The notes under the pieces are model-generated. The model made no database searches, was not told the DNA's origin, and worked only from the letters and a program-made list of their open reading frames with translations. Of a DNA stretch of 64,000 bases, positions 36,134 to 51,161 are shown one piece after another. Location: the NCBI GenBank assembly GCA_050250855.1, contig JBFWNW010000001.1, positions 96,001-160,000 on the forward strand, given 5' to 3'. Origin of the DNA: Candidatus Babeliales bacterium (GTDB lineage: Bacteria; Babelota; Babeliae; Babelales; JACPOV01). How positions within the stretch are numbered: the stretch's first letter is position 1; each line of letters opens with the position of its first letter. The translations under genes and the position numbers were made by a program.

Positions 36134-38338
36134 ATGAAGAAATATATACTGAATGGAATCTTATTTTTCTTAACATTTTCATCCATGTGCTCTGAAAATT
36201 TTACCAATACTGGTTTAATTATTATTTTTGATGATTCAGAATTTCTTAATAAAAAAGAAGAAGTTTTATTTAAAGCTATGGAAAGGTCTTTAATAGCTGC
36301 TTTACAACAAAAAGCAGCACCAATTTTAGTTTCTTTTTCTGTTTTAAGATCAATAGTAATGCATAGAGATTTATTGAAAATATTGGGAAATTTCACACAA
36401 GAACTTGATTTATGGATTTATAAGAAAGTGAGTGATTTTCTCTACTTATTAGTTCCTAAGAATTACCATGATATTTCTGCATTAAAGAATTATTCTCAAA
36501 TGAACATAGCTAAGTCAGAAGCTTTTACGCCCCTAGAACTTGCTCTAGGATTAAAAATAGATCATATGCACAGTGTAAATTGGCGAGAGATTGAGAAAAC
36601 CCTTTATCTACCACCATGGAGTGAAACTTTAGAAAAAGATTTTATTAATAATCTTCCTAACATTTTTTTATCTAATCAAGATTATAGTAAGGTTAAAATG
36701 CTTGCACAAAGACCGGCATGGGCTTTATATATGACTGGGCATGGAGATATATTAAAGCAAGCGAGTCGTAAATCTATATTGAGCAAACAAGAGCTCATGG
36801 AAGGTTATATATTTTTACAAAAAGCACAGCAAGAATGGCAACTGTTTTTAGAGAAAGAAAAACAAATTAAAAATGTACAAGAGCAAGCTACTCTTTTGGC
36901 AAATGCAGAACTAAGCTTAAAGAAAGCAGTAGATATTTTCAAAAAATTTAAAGACATTAATATTTCGATGCTGAAATTTGATCAGCTTAAATCTGTACAA
37001 GATTCTCATGTATTAGAATTAGAAAAAAAAGAATTTGTGCGCTGTTTTGAAAATGCTGTTTACGTTTTTAAGGTTGATGAAATGTTTATTTTTTCACAAG
37101 AAAACTTTGCTCAAGGGATATATAATATTTTTGCCTACTTAACCACTCCAAATTTTCAAAAACTTTTAGCTTTTCTAGATACAAAAATAAGAACAAAAAT
37201 ATTTTGTTTCGATAGTTGTTTTTCTGGGGGCGGCCTTGATCGATTATATGAAGATCAGAAAAAAGCGATACAAAAAATATATAACTATTTAATTGTTACT
37301 GCTGCAAGCACCGATGCTCCTTCTTTAATGAGTATTAGAATGTTGCAGTTTAATGAATTTTTTAGTGCATTGCGAACTCATGACCCTATTGATTTTGAAG
37401 AAGTGCTAAATTATATTTTTGGTTTTTATTATCAAGAAAAAAAGCTAATTAGGTTTCCCCAAAATTTACCACTTTTAAAGTTTCCTGGCAGGGAATGGGT
37501 TTCTATGATCGATATTCCTGAAAAAATTGTTTCATTAGGAAAAACATTGGCACGTTCGCGTAATCCTAATCAGCCTTTAGATGTATCCCGTTTTTTTGCA
37601 GGGCGTATTACTAAAGAAGGGCATAAAAAGTTATCTATGATCTATCCTCAGATGGTATTATTTTATACTGATAAAATTCCTTTTATTCTTAAGTTTACAG
37701 CACCTCCAACCAAAACTGATGAAGCTATTTTTCCTACCTTTTTTTCCATGATAAGTGGTGATGCGGTACATGAACTAGCAGGTGTGGATGCAGCAGATTT
37801 TGGTTTATGGGATATAGTAATATCGGGTTTTGATGAGTCAGATTCAAGAAAAATTTTTATGATCAAAGAGCTTACTGTAAAAAATGATATAACAAATTGG
37901 CCAGGAAAAAAACCAGGACAACTTTTAAAGCTTACTGATGTTATTCTATTTTATTCAGTTAAAAATCCCCGTGATATTCAAATTAAAGGAGAAATTCATG
38001 GGATATATTTTACACTTAATGGGACTTATTATAGAAGTTGGTGGAAGAAGAAGATGACTGATTTCTCCGGGGATACCTTACAAAATTTTGCCATGGTTAA
38101 AGATGATTATATGCCAGCATTCCTTGAATTTGCAGCTTCCATAAGAAGTCAAAAAGCAAGCAAACCAGATTCAGTTTTTAATGAAAATTTAGAAGAACTT
38201 AAAAAATTTATGGAAATAAAGCCAAAAGAAAAGCCTAAAAAACCATTACCTCAAGAATCGCAAGAAATAGAATCTTTACAAAAGCAACTACAAGAACTTC
38301 AAAAAACATTAAATTCATTACAACAGAAGATTTCATAG
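36134..38338 (+). CDS. Secreted protein with putative caspase/haemoglobinase-fold (clan CD) His-Cys dyad
   Basis: LYMTGHG, FCFDSCFSGG, LIVTAAS; signal peptide. Confidence 0.55.
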   Translation: MKKYILNGILFFLTFSSMCSENFTNTGLIIIFDDSEFLNKKEEVLFKAMERSLIAALQQKAAPILVSFSVLRSIVMHRDLLKILGNFTQELDLWIYKKVSDFLYLLVPKNYHDISALKNYSQMNIAKSEAFTPLELALGLKIDHMHSVNWREIEKTLYLPPWSETLEKDFINNLPNIFLSNQDYSKVKMLAQRPAWALYMTGHGDILKQASRKSILSKQELMEGYIFLQKAQQEWQLFLEKEKQIKNVQEQATLLANAELSLKKAVDIFKKFKDINISMLKFDQLKSVQDSHVLELEKKEFVRCFENAVYVFKVDEMFIFSQENFAQGIYNIFAYLTTPNFQKLLAFLDTKIRTKIFCFDSCFSGGGLDRLYEDQKKAIQKIYNYLIVTAASTDAPSLMSIRMLQFNEFFSALRTHDPIDFEEVLNYIFGFYYQEKKLIRFPQNLPLLKFPGREWVSMIDIPEKIVSLGKTLARSRNPNQPLDVSRFFAGRITKEGHKKLSMIYPQMVLFYTDKIPFILKFTAPPTKTDEAIFPTFFSMISGDAVHELAGVDAADFGLWDIVISGFDESDSRKIFMIKELTVKNDITNWPGKKPGQLLKLTDVILFYSVKNPRDIQIKGEIHGIYFTLNGTYYRSWWKKKMTDFSGDTLQNFAMVKDDYMPAFLEFAASIRSQKASKPDSVFNENLEELKKFMEIKPKEKPKKPLPQESQEIESLQKQLQELQKTLNSLQQKIS

Positions 38339-38351
38339 TATTGAGTACCGA

Positions 38352-38378
38352 GGGGAAGAAGTTTAAAACTTCTTCCCT
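38352..38378. terminator. Bidirectional terminator hairpin
   Basis: gggaagaagttt-a-aaacttcttccc inverted repeat between convergent genes. Confidence 0.75.
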
Positions 38379-38385
38379 TTTTCAT

Positions 38386-39471
38386 TTATTGCGTTGCTTG
38401 TGCAACTAAATATCCTTCAATAAATTCCATAATATCACCATCAAGTACCAAATCTGGTTGCGGTGATTCTATATCAGTTCTATGGTCTTTTACCATTTTA
38501 TATGGATGCAAAACATACGATCTAATTTGCGAGCCCCATTCAATTTTCTTTTTATCAGTTTTTGCTAATTTTGCTTCTTGTTCTGCTTTTTGCTTTTGAG
38601 CAAGTTTTGCATACAGCATTTTCATAGCAGTTTCACGATTCTGCAATTGCGAGCGTTCATTTTGGCATTGTACTACAATATTAGTAGGAAGATGCGTAAT
38701 GCGTACGGCAGAATCTGTTTTATTAACATGTTGTCCTCCAGCACCACCAGCTCTATAGGTATCAATGCGCAAATCTTTTGGATCAATAGAAATTTCAATT
38801 TCTGGCATTTCTGGTGTTACACTTACTGCAGCAAATGAAGTGTGTCTTCTTTTACTGGCATCAAAAGGTGAAATGCGCACAAGACGATGAATTCCTTCTT
38901 CTGTTTTTAAAAGTCCGTATGCATTTTTACCTTTAATAAAAAGAGTGGCAGATTTTATGCCAGCTTCCTCTCCTGCTTGATAATCTATAACGCTTGCATT
39001 GAGGCCTTCGCGTTCACAAAAGCGTATGTACATACGTAAAAGCATATTTGCCCAATCTTGTGATTCGGTGCCGCCAGCACCAGCATTGATGCTAAAAAAG
39101 CAAGCAGATTTATCTTCAGGATCATTTAAAAGAAGTTGCAATTTAAACTTATTAATATGTTTAATTAATGCATTAATATCAGCCGATAGTTTTTGAAGTT
39201 CTGTTTCATCTTCGGAAAACAGATCAATGAATTCACATACTTCATCATACGAGCGCATAACTTCCAGATATTGTTCTCTTTGTGTCCGTATAGATTGGAG
39301 CTCTTTTAAGATTGCTGTTTGCTGAGGATGTTGCCAAAAGTCTTCTTGCATACTTAAGGATTCTAGCCTTTTAAATTCAGGTTCCAGGTTAGCATTGTGC
39401 CAATATTGCTTAATAATCTGTAAATCAGGTTCAATAGCTTTTAATTTTTCGCGAAGTTCATCAACGAGCAT
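38386..39471 (-). CDS. prfB: Peptide chain release factor 2
   Basis: GAGGTESQDWA, SPF tripeptide (RISPFD), GGQ. Confidence 0.96.
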   Translation of the reverse strand: MLVDELREKLKAIEPDLQIIKQYWHNANLEPEFKRLESLSMQEDFWQHPQQTAILKELQSIRTQREQYLEVMRSYDEVCEFIDLFSEDETELQKLSADINALIKHINKFKLQLLLNDPEDKSACFFSINAGAGGTESQDWANMLLRMYIRFCEREGLNASVIDYQAGEEAGIKSATLFIKGKNAYGLLKTEEGIHRLVRISPFDASKRRHTSFAAVSVTPEMPEIEISIDPKDLRIDTYRAGGAGGQHVNKTDSAVRITHLPTNIVVQCQNERSQLQNRETAMKMLYAKLAQKQKAEQEAKLAKTDKKKIEWGSQIRSYVLHPYKMVKDHRTDIESPQPDLVLDGDIMEFIEGYLVAQATQ

Positions 39472-39639
39472 GGGATTCCTTATACAAAGTAGGTATTTTT
39501 AGGTGAATATACCATAGAAAGGCTATTTGACCAATCGCCTCCAGGTTGACTTTTCCACTTGAAATTATTTTTTTTTATGATATCATGGATAATGACATAT
39601 AAGCTCAGCCTTTAATTCTACCTATTTTCTGTGAAATGT

Positions 39640-40224
39640 ATGAAAAAACCCGGAAAGCTCTTTGTGGTATCTGCTCCTTCAGGGGCAGGAAAAACTACCC
39701 TTATAACTACGCTGTGTGAGCGTATAGGCGATCAGCATGCTTTTAAGCGTGTGATTACGTATACTTCTCGGCAGCCAAGGCAAGGGGACCAAGAGGGAAA
39801 AGACTATCATTTTATATCCAAGCAAGAGTTTGAAGTAAAAATTCAAGAAGGCTTTTTTATAGAATGGAGTAATGCTTACGGGAACTACTACGGCTCTCCG
39901 CGGTCTATACTCAATGAGTTGACAAGCGGTGTTTCATTTTTCCTTATTATAGATAGGGCAGGTGCTCAAGTAGTGTCTGAGGTTCATAAAGAATCGGTGC
40001 TTATTTGGATACATACAAAAACTATTGAAATATTAGAAAACAGATTGCGCTCAAGAAATACAGAACAAGAATCAGAGATTTTGAGGCGTTTATCATTAGC
40101 AAAACAAGAAATTGATGAAGAACTGCAAAAAAAATTTTATCAGTACCATGTTTTGAATGATAACTTTGAAAAAGCCATTCAGGAGCTTGTTTGTATCGTT
40201 TTTGATGAGATAGAAAACTCATAG
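39640..40224 (+). CDS. gmk: Guanylate kinase
   Basis: SAPSGAGKTT P-loop, TSRQPR, GKDYHF, YGNYYG. Confidence 0.95.
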   Translation: MKKPGKLFVVSAPSGAGKTTLITTLCERIGDQHAFKRVITYTSRQPRQGDQEGKDYHFISKQEFEVKIQEGFFIEWSNAYGNYYGSPRSILNELTSGVSFFLIIDRAGAQVVSEVHKESVLIWIHTKTIEILENRLRSRNTEQESEILRRLSLAKQEIDEELQKKFYQYHVLNDNFEKAIQELVCIVFDEIENS

Positions 40225-40280
40225 GTTTGGCGATAATTTTAAGAAAAAATAAAAAATTTTTATTTTTTTTAAAAAAATTG

Positions 40281-40308
40281 TTGACTTAGGCATAGAGACC
40301 TGTATAAT
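40281..40308 (+). promoter_or_regulatory. sigma70 rRNA promoter
   Basis: TTGACT-N16-TATAAT with an upstream A/T-tract UP-like element. Confidence 0.8.
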
Positions 40309-40469
40309 TACTTCTGTATTTAATGACGAAGGAGCTGAAAACGCAGCTCCTAAATTTATCTAAAAAATTGAAAAAATCTTTGAAATTCACGGTAAACCCT
40401 AAAAGTCAGCTTACAAGTTTTGTGAACGTTTTCCGTAACAAAACAATATAAAATCTCTATTAAGATTTT

Positions 40470-42013
<1,544 letters not shown>

Positions 42014-42131
42014 CGAGGGAGAATAATGTTAGCAGATTTTTCTGCAACGATTTAGGTGTGCTATGGAAAGCATAGCAAAACTTGTAAGCAATTTTTTTAA
42101 TGCTCATTGATAGCATTGGTATAATTAGTAG

Positions 42132-42207
42132 GGGCCTATAGCTCAGTGGTTAGAGCGCCCCGCTGATAACGGGGAGGTCGGTCGTTCAATTCGACTTAGG
42201 CCCACCA
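42132..42207 (+). tRNA. tRNA-Ile(GAT)
   Basis: GGGCCTA..TAGGCCC-ACCA; CT-GAT-AA loop; in the ITS. Confidence 0.95.
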
Positions 42208-42297
42208 TTTTTTTTGATGGTGGTGTCTTAAGGTAAAAAATTTTGACTGATCTTTTGCGCGAACTGCTCCTTATTGCAAGAGCTATTTATCATAAAT

Positions 42298-42373
42298 GGG
42301 GATGTAGCTCAGTTGGCAGAGCGTCCGTTTTGCACGCGGAAGGTCAGCGGTTCGAATCCGCTCATCTCCACCA
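42298..42373 (+). tRNA. tRNA-Ala(TGC)
   Basis: G3:U70 pair; TT-TGC-AC loop; CCA. Confidence 0.95.
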
Positions 42374-42512
42374 AAAGCTAGAGCAAAAAATAAATAATAG
42401 GGTTAGTGAATTGAGAATACAATAAAAATTCTTGTGTTCTTTGAAATATACGATTTAATACGTCTTAGATACAAAAGCGTGGAATTTTCATATATAAAAG
42501 TTAAGAAAATTC

Positions 42513-45533
<3,021 letters not shown>

Positions 45534-45642
45534 GACTATAAAAATTTGCATATCGTTAGGTAACTAACGAGAGAATTTCACAAATATTATCAAGACGTTT
45601 AAATCGTATATTTCATAGAACCAAGAAAAATTTTTGAAAATT

Positions 45643-45758
<116 letters not shown>

Positions 45759-45765
45759 TTAATAT

Positions 45766-45799
45766 AAGCCCTGAGAGAAATCTCGGGGCTTTTTTTTTT
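45766..45799 (+). terminator. rRNA operon terminator
   Basis: aagccctgaga-gaaa-tctcggggctt followed by a T-run. Confidence 0.9.
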
Positions 45800-45960
45800 A
45801 TATTTTTTTTAATATTTTAGTCAACAGTGCAATTATATCTTCGGTTCTTTTTATTCAATTTTAAAATTTCTTTTAAATTAAATTCAAAAAAAACTTGACT
45901 AAGCTGTATATAGCTTGGTTTAATAAAAATAATGTTTTGTACAAAAGAAAAAAGGAGAGA

Positions 45961-48465
45961 ATGTTGAACTCTAAAAATTATTTTTTTTATATAACGATAT
46001 TTGTTATTAGTTTTTCTTTTGGCATCATTCGACCTACAGTAAAACGATCTTTTTCTGATTTTTCTGATGAACAATTAAAAACCATTATTATAAATTCATT
46101 TCAATTATTAGGAAAAAGTTCTTTTGAAGTTGAAGAAGAACTTTTCAAAGGTTATAAATCATTATCAAATGATTTTCGTCTAGTTAATCGTGATTCATTG
46201 CTTGAAATTGCTTATATGATGCAACGCTCAACCTGTGCAAAGCTAACTACTATTTTTGAGTTGTTGTGTGAAATACAAAATGGCTTAGCGCCGCAAGATA
46301 TAAATGGTATATATACTGCATTGGATCAAAGCAGTGAAATTATCTGTGAAAAATTTCAGGAAACCTGGACGGCACTTGAGGCTATGAGCACACCGACTGT
46401 GTATATACTTTTTGATAGCGGTTTTCAGGATACGTTTACTGCTTTAGTAGGCTTGACAGACGCAATGTGCACTAAGTTTGAGGAAACATGGACAATTCTT
46501 GCAGCAAATTGCGGATTTCCGATTGCCATTACAGGCCCAGCAACTATTGCTGCTTCAGGCAACTATTGTTTGGATCAAAATATTTTGGGCAGTATTATTA
46601 TTAGTGCAGACAATGTAAATCTTGATCTTAATCATAAACGTATTTCAAGTGGCACTCCTCATAATATTGAAGTAACTTCTCAAGGAAATATATATATATT
46701 TAATGGAATTCTTTCTGATGCAGCAAGTAGTGCTATCAGCATAACTACGTGTACTAATGTTACTATTGAAAACGTTGACTTTATTGATAATCCAGCGGGG
46801 ATTAGTGTTTTAACGTCTACGATTATTACTGTTAATAATTGTACGTTCCGCGGCAGTAGCGGTCGAGCAATGAGTTTTGATGATTCTATGCTTGGAAATA
46901 TTGCTAATTGTACCTGTGAGCTCAATACTGGTGCTACAGAAATTCTTGCAACCTTTAGCAGTCGTTGTATGCAATTTTCCAATATTGAAATTTGTAATAA
47001 TACTGGGGCGGCAGTATTTTTTCCGATACTAATTAATAATCTATCAGATTCAATATTTCAAGGCGTGCGGGTGAACGAAAATAGTGCGGCCACAGAACTT
47101 GGTGCTTTTGTTATTACAGGTACAACGCAGAATGTAAAATTTTTTGAATGCACTGTTTTTAGAAATAATGCCCCTACCCTTGCTGCTGCACTGCTAGGAG
47201 CTAATCCACAAGATATAACTTTTAACACGTTTAATATTGCTGGTAATAGTTTTTCTAATAATAGTATTCTTGTAGACGCAACAGCTTTGACAAATGGGGT
47301 ATTCAATCAGGTGCATGTTGATGATAATACGAGCTTAGCTGCACTGCGTGCTTTCCAATTGACGAACTGTAGTAATCTTGTATTTAATGGATGCAGTGCG
47401 CTTGATAACACGGCGACATCAACTCTTATTGGACTAGATTTTCAGAATTGTAATGATGGTGTAGTCAAGAATTCAAGCATTAATGATAATACAAGTTCAT
47501 CGTTATCAGTGCAGGGGATAAATATTTACAATTCTCATAATCTTACCTTTGATAGTTGCACTGCATTAGTTAATACGGCTCCAAACTGTCAAGGTATGTC
47601 TGTCGAAAATTCTACAGCATTAAAAACAGTCAACAGTCATTTTATGAACAATGTTGGTTCTGATGTAAATGGTGTGCATGCAATTTCTTCATGTACTGAT
47701 CTTATTTTTAATAATTGTACTTCATTAAATAATACGGCAACCAATGGCGTTTCGCGTGGTTTTTATATGCAGAATAGTCTAAAAGTTGTACTTGATGGAT
47801 GTCTTGCCAATGATAATCTTGGCTCAGCAACAGGACGCGGTATAGATTTCTTTGATACCCATACTTCGTGCATTATAAATAGTTTTGCAAAAATTAATCA
47901 GGGTACTAATGCAGATGGAGAAGGTATACGTTTAGAAAATTGCATTGATGTTGTATGTCAAAATAATAGTTGTCTTGGTAATACGGGAGCTATCCAAGCA
48001 AATGGTATTGCCGTAATAAGTGGTCAAGGGCATACACTACAAGGAAATATCTGTAATAATAATACGACGCGTGGGATTTATATTGAGAGTGCACCAAAAA
48101 ACACCATTGATGGTAATATTTGTAATAACCAAAATAATCGTTTTGGGATCGAGCTTGTTTCAAGTAATAGTAATAGCATAAAAGCAAATATTGCAAATAC
48201 TAATGTAACGGGTATTTCACTTGATAGTGCTAGTCTTGGTAATTGTGTGCTTAAAAATTTTACGTTATTAAATACTGATACGGGAATAAATAATCTAGGT
48301 TCAAGTAATTCATTTATACTTAATAACTCAGAACATAATGGGATTTCTGGGGTGAATAACTTTAATGGCGTACCAACGAGCATTATTGCTATATTTCAGG
48401 TTAGTGTATCAAGTTTTGTTTCGGGAACCACGAATCCATTTGTAAATGTTGATATAAGACCATAA
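45961..48465 (+). CDS. Secreted Cys-rich right-handed beta-helix protein, paralog 1
   Basis: AAGGAG RBS; signal peptide; 2x C(E/T)KFxETWT; GNYCL..LDLN cap; Asn/Cys ladder repeats. Confidence 0.85.
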   Translation: MLNSKNYFFYITIFVISFSFGIIRPTVKRSFSDFSDEQLKTIIINSFQLLGKSSFEVEEELFKGYKSLSNDFRLVNRDSLLEIAYMMQRSTCAKLTTIFELLCEIQNGLAPQDINGIYTALDQSSEIICEKFQETWTALEAMSTPTVYILFDSGFQDTFTALVGLTDAMCTKFEETWTILAANCGFPIAITGPATIAASGNYCLDQNILGSIIISADNVNLDLNHKRISSGTPHNIEVTSQGNIYIFNGILSDAASSAISITTCTNVTIENVDFIDNPAGISVLTSTIITVNNCTFRGSSGRAMSFDDSMLGNIANCTCELNTGATEILATFSSRCMQFSNIEICNNTGAAVFFPILINNLSDSIFQGVRVNENSAATELGAFVITGTTQNVKFFECTVFRNNAPTLAAALLGANPQDITFNTFNIAGNSFSNNSILVDATALTNGVFNQVHVDDNTSLAALRAFQLTNCSNLVFNGCSALDNTATSTLIGLDFQNCNDGVVKNSSINDNTSSSLSVQGINIYNSHNLTFDSCTALVNTAPNCQGMSVENSTALKTVNSHFMNNVGSDVNGVHAISSCTDLIFNNCTSLNNTATNGVSRGFYMQNSLKVVLDGCLANDNLGSATGRGIDFFDTHTSCIINSFAKINQGTNADGEGIRLENCIDVVCQNNSCLGNTGAIQANGIAVISGQGHTLQGNICNNNTTRGIYIESAPKNTIDGNICNNQNNRFGIELVSSNSNSIKANIANTNVTGISLDSASLGNCVLKNFTLLNTDTGINNLGSSNSFILNNSEHNGISGVNNFNGVPTSIIAIFQVSVSSFVSGTTNPFVNVDIRP

Positions 48466-48497
48466 GAGAATTAAGAATTAAAAAAAAGGAAAGCATA

Positions 48498-51116
48498 ATG
48501 ATGAAGGCAGTAGCAGCAAGCAAAAAAATAACACTCTGGCTGTTAGCTTTTTTGTTTATACATGTAGTCGTTCATGCAGATGATTTTTCTAGAGAAGATG
48601 CACTTTGTGAGCAGCAAGATATTACCTGGCTTGCAGAAGAAGTAAAGGATATTATAGTTTTAGTATGCCAAGAGTATGAAGATGCAGCTATGCTTGCTCA
48701 GCTCCACCCAGAACTGATAAAAGTGTATTACGATCTTAAAGCTGGTAAAGAGCCTTGTCAAGAGGAGTTAGTAAAAGCAGCACATCTTCTTATGGTGTTT
48801 CGCTCAACGGGACTTTTGCCGCTTATCTTAGAAAAAGTATGCGCTATTTTAGCCTCAGTTGAAGGTGATTTTAATCCAGTTTTTACTCTTTTGGCAGAAC
48901 AGCAAGAAATTCTTTGTGATAAGTTTCAACAAACTTGGACTATTTTTGATAATTTTTTAACACCGACTTCCATAGTATCCACTCAAAAAGATTTTGAAAA
49001 TACTTTTACAGCACTTGATCAGATGGAAGAAATTTTATGCCAAAAATTCTTAGAAACGTGGACTATTCTGCCTACGACACAACCTACTCCTATCAACGCT
49101 CCCATGGTAATTAGTCAATCTGGGTCTTATTGCTTGAATCAAGATATTGTGGGGACAATCACTATTGCAACAAGTTGCGTGCAGCTTGATTTGAACAACA
49201 AACAAATTGATGCTAATGGAGGCAATGGTATTTCAGTAGCAAGCCAAAGCACTATTATTATTGAAAATGGTTATATTGCCAATGCTGCATCAGCGGTAGC
49301 TATAGATTCTTCTAGTAATATAAAAATTTCCGCTCTAGATTTTATAGGAAATAATTTAGGCGTTTCTGCAGCTACAACTACCTTTATACAGATAGATTAT
49401 TGTACCTTTAGAGCGGGTACAAACGGCATAAGGTTTATGACTTGTACCGGGGGTAGCGTTTCTGACTGTAAATTTACCCAACATAGCTCTACTGTAATAT
49501 CTCTTAGCTTTTCTTCTGCTTGTTTTTTATTTAAAAATATAGCGATATGCAATAATACCATTACCTCTGGTAATTTAATAGCGGCAACCAATTCAGTAAG
49601 AAATATTTTTTTTGATCGAATTCTTATTAATAATAATAGTAGTAGTGGTACCCTAATTCCATTTTTTATACCACTCAATAATGTCCATGTATATAATAGT
49701 TCAATTTGTTGTAATCAAGCAGCATCTAATTTTAAAGGGATAAATGTATTTGGTTGTACGGTGCTTGATAATATTGAAATATCTAATAACCGATCAACTG
49801 GTGGTAGTGTTACGGGTATTGCTCTTGAGCCAGGAACAGGTGGTTTTGAGGATGTATTAAATGCTCAGAATATTACTATTAACAATAATAAAGCAAGCAC
49901 TACCTTTGAAGGAATAGCAAACCTATCACCGGATGTTTTTCAAGAATGTACTATTGAAAATTGTTCTATTAATAATAATAGCAGCAATGGCGCTTCTTCG
50001 GGTATACATTTTATGAGTTCCAAAAATATAACCTTACGAGAAATTTTTATTGCAAATAATTCTGCCGCGGTAAATGCAAGTAATACGTTTGATGGTGTTC
50101 GACTCAATGGGTGTAGTCAAGCAACGCTAGGTCAATGCACGGTATTTGGTAATACTTCACCAACATGCCGCGGGCTTTATATTTTAGGTACGAGTATCAA
50201 TATGCAAGTACTGGATTCTAATTTTAGTGATCAAGTAGGCGGTTCTGATTGCTTTGGGGTGCGCATTGAGGGTAATCCAAGCAATATGTATTTTGATCAT
50301 TGCACTTCGTTACGTAATACATCTACTCAAACAAATGCTAGAGGGATTGGTTTTTCAGTGTCTCTTATACTTCCAAGTTCCATAAATGTAACATTTGAAT
50401 CGTGTATAGCAAATGGAAACAATGCTTTAGCTGGTGGTGTTGCAGCAAGAGGTTATGGTTTTCATATAGTGCAATCAAGAAATTTTGAGATTCTTAATTG
50501 CATAGCAAAACATAACAGTTCGAGTGGTACTGGTTCAGGAATTTTCCTTGAAGGGCTGAACGGCAGGGATTTTATAGTTAAAAATTGTATTCTTAATGGC
50601 AATACCGGGTTGGTTTTTGGAGCTGGCATATCATCAGTTTTTTCCTACGGCATTATGCAATATACTATTTGTAATGATAATTTTGATAACGGCATACAGC
50701 TTGCTGCTGATTATGTGACTCTTGAAGGAAATATTTGCAATAATCATTTGGATGCAGCTAATGGACAGGGAATAGCTGTGAGCGGCGGTTCTGGTGGTGG
50801 TCTTAATGTTGTCAAAGGCAATATATGTAATTATAATCGGGAGGGTATTAGAATCCCAGGTACTTCAACCTTTAGTGCGAAAAACTTGACACAAAATAAT
50901 AGTTCAGTTGGTATAGTTGATCCTAATGGAGTTGGTGGGAATAATAGTTATACCAATAATACATCACAAAGAAATGGGGCAACGGGGACAAGTAATTATA
51001 GCGGAACTTTGCCGACAAGAGCAGCGCTTTTAAATACGTTTAATGTTGGAGCGGGGACCTTTACGGGGGCTGCTGGGCCACTGAATATATTTTCTAATTT
51101 GAATGTATTGCCATAA
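48498..51116 (+). CDS. Secreted Cys-rich beta-helix protein, paralog 2
   Basis: Same architecture; 2x CxKFxxTWT. Confidence 0.85.
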   Translation: MMKAVAASKKITLWLLAFLFIHVVVHADDFSREDALCEQQDITWLAEEVKDIIVLVCQEYEDAAMLAQLHPELIKVYYDLKAGKEPCQEELVKAAHLLMVFRSTGLLPLILEKVCAILASVEGDFNPVFTLLAEQQEILCDKFQQTWTIFDNFLTPTSIVSTQKDFENTFTALDQMEEILCQKFLETWTILPTTQPTPINAPMVISQSGSYCLNQDIVGTITIATSCVQLDLNNKQIDANGGNGISVASQSTIIIENGYIANAASAVAIDSSSNIKISALDFIGNNLGVSAATTTFIQIDYCTFRAGTNGIRFMTCTGGSVSDCKFTQHSSTVISLSFSSACFLFKNIAICNNTITSGNLIAATNSVRNIFFDRILINNNSSSGTLIPFFIPLNNVHVYNSSICCNQAASNFKGINVFGCTVLDNIEISNNRSTGGSVTGIALEPGTGGFEDVLNAQNITINNNKASTTFEGIANLSPDVFQECTIENCSINNNSSNGASSGIHFMSSKNITLREIFIANNSAAVNASNTFDGVRLNGCSQATLGQCTVFGNTSPTCRGLYILGTSINMQVLDSNFSDQVGGSDCFGVRIEGNPSNMYFDHCTSLRNTSTQTNARGIGFSVSLILPSSINVTFESCIANGNNALAGGVAARGYGFHIVQSRNFEILNCIAKHNSSSGTGSGIFLEGLNGRDFIVKNCILNGNTGLVFGAGISSVFSYGIMQYTICNDNFDNGIQLAADYVTLEGNICNNHLDAANGQGIAVSGGSGGGLNVVKGNICNYNREGIRIPGTSTFSAKNLTQNNSSVGIVDPNGVGGNNSYTNNTSQRNGATGTSNYSGTLPTRAALLNTFNVGAGTFTGAAGPLNIFSNLNVLP

Positions 51117-51161
51117 TGACGGTATAGAGAAAAAATAAACATTGAAAAAGGAGCTTTTTAT

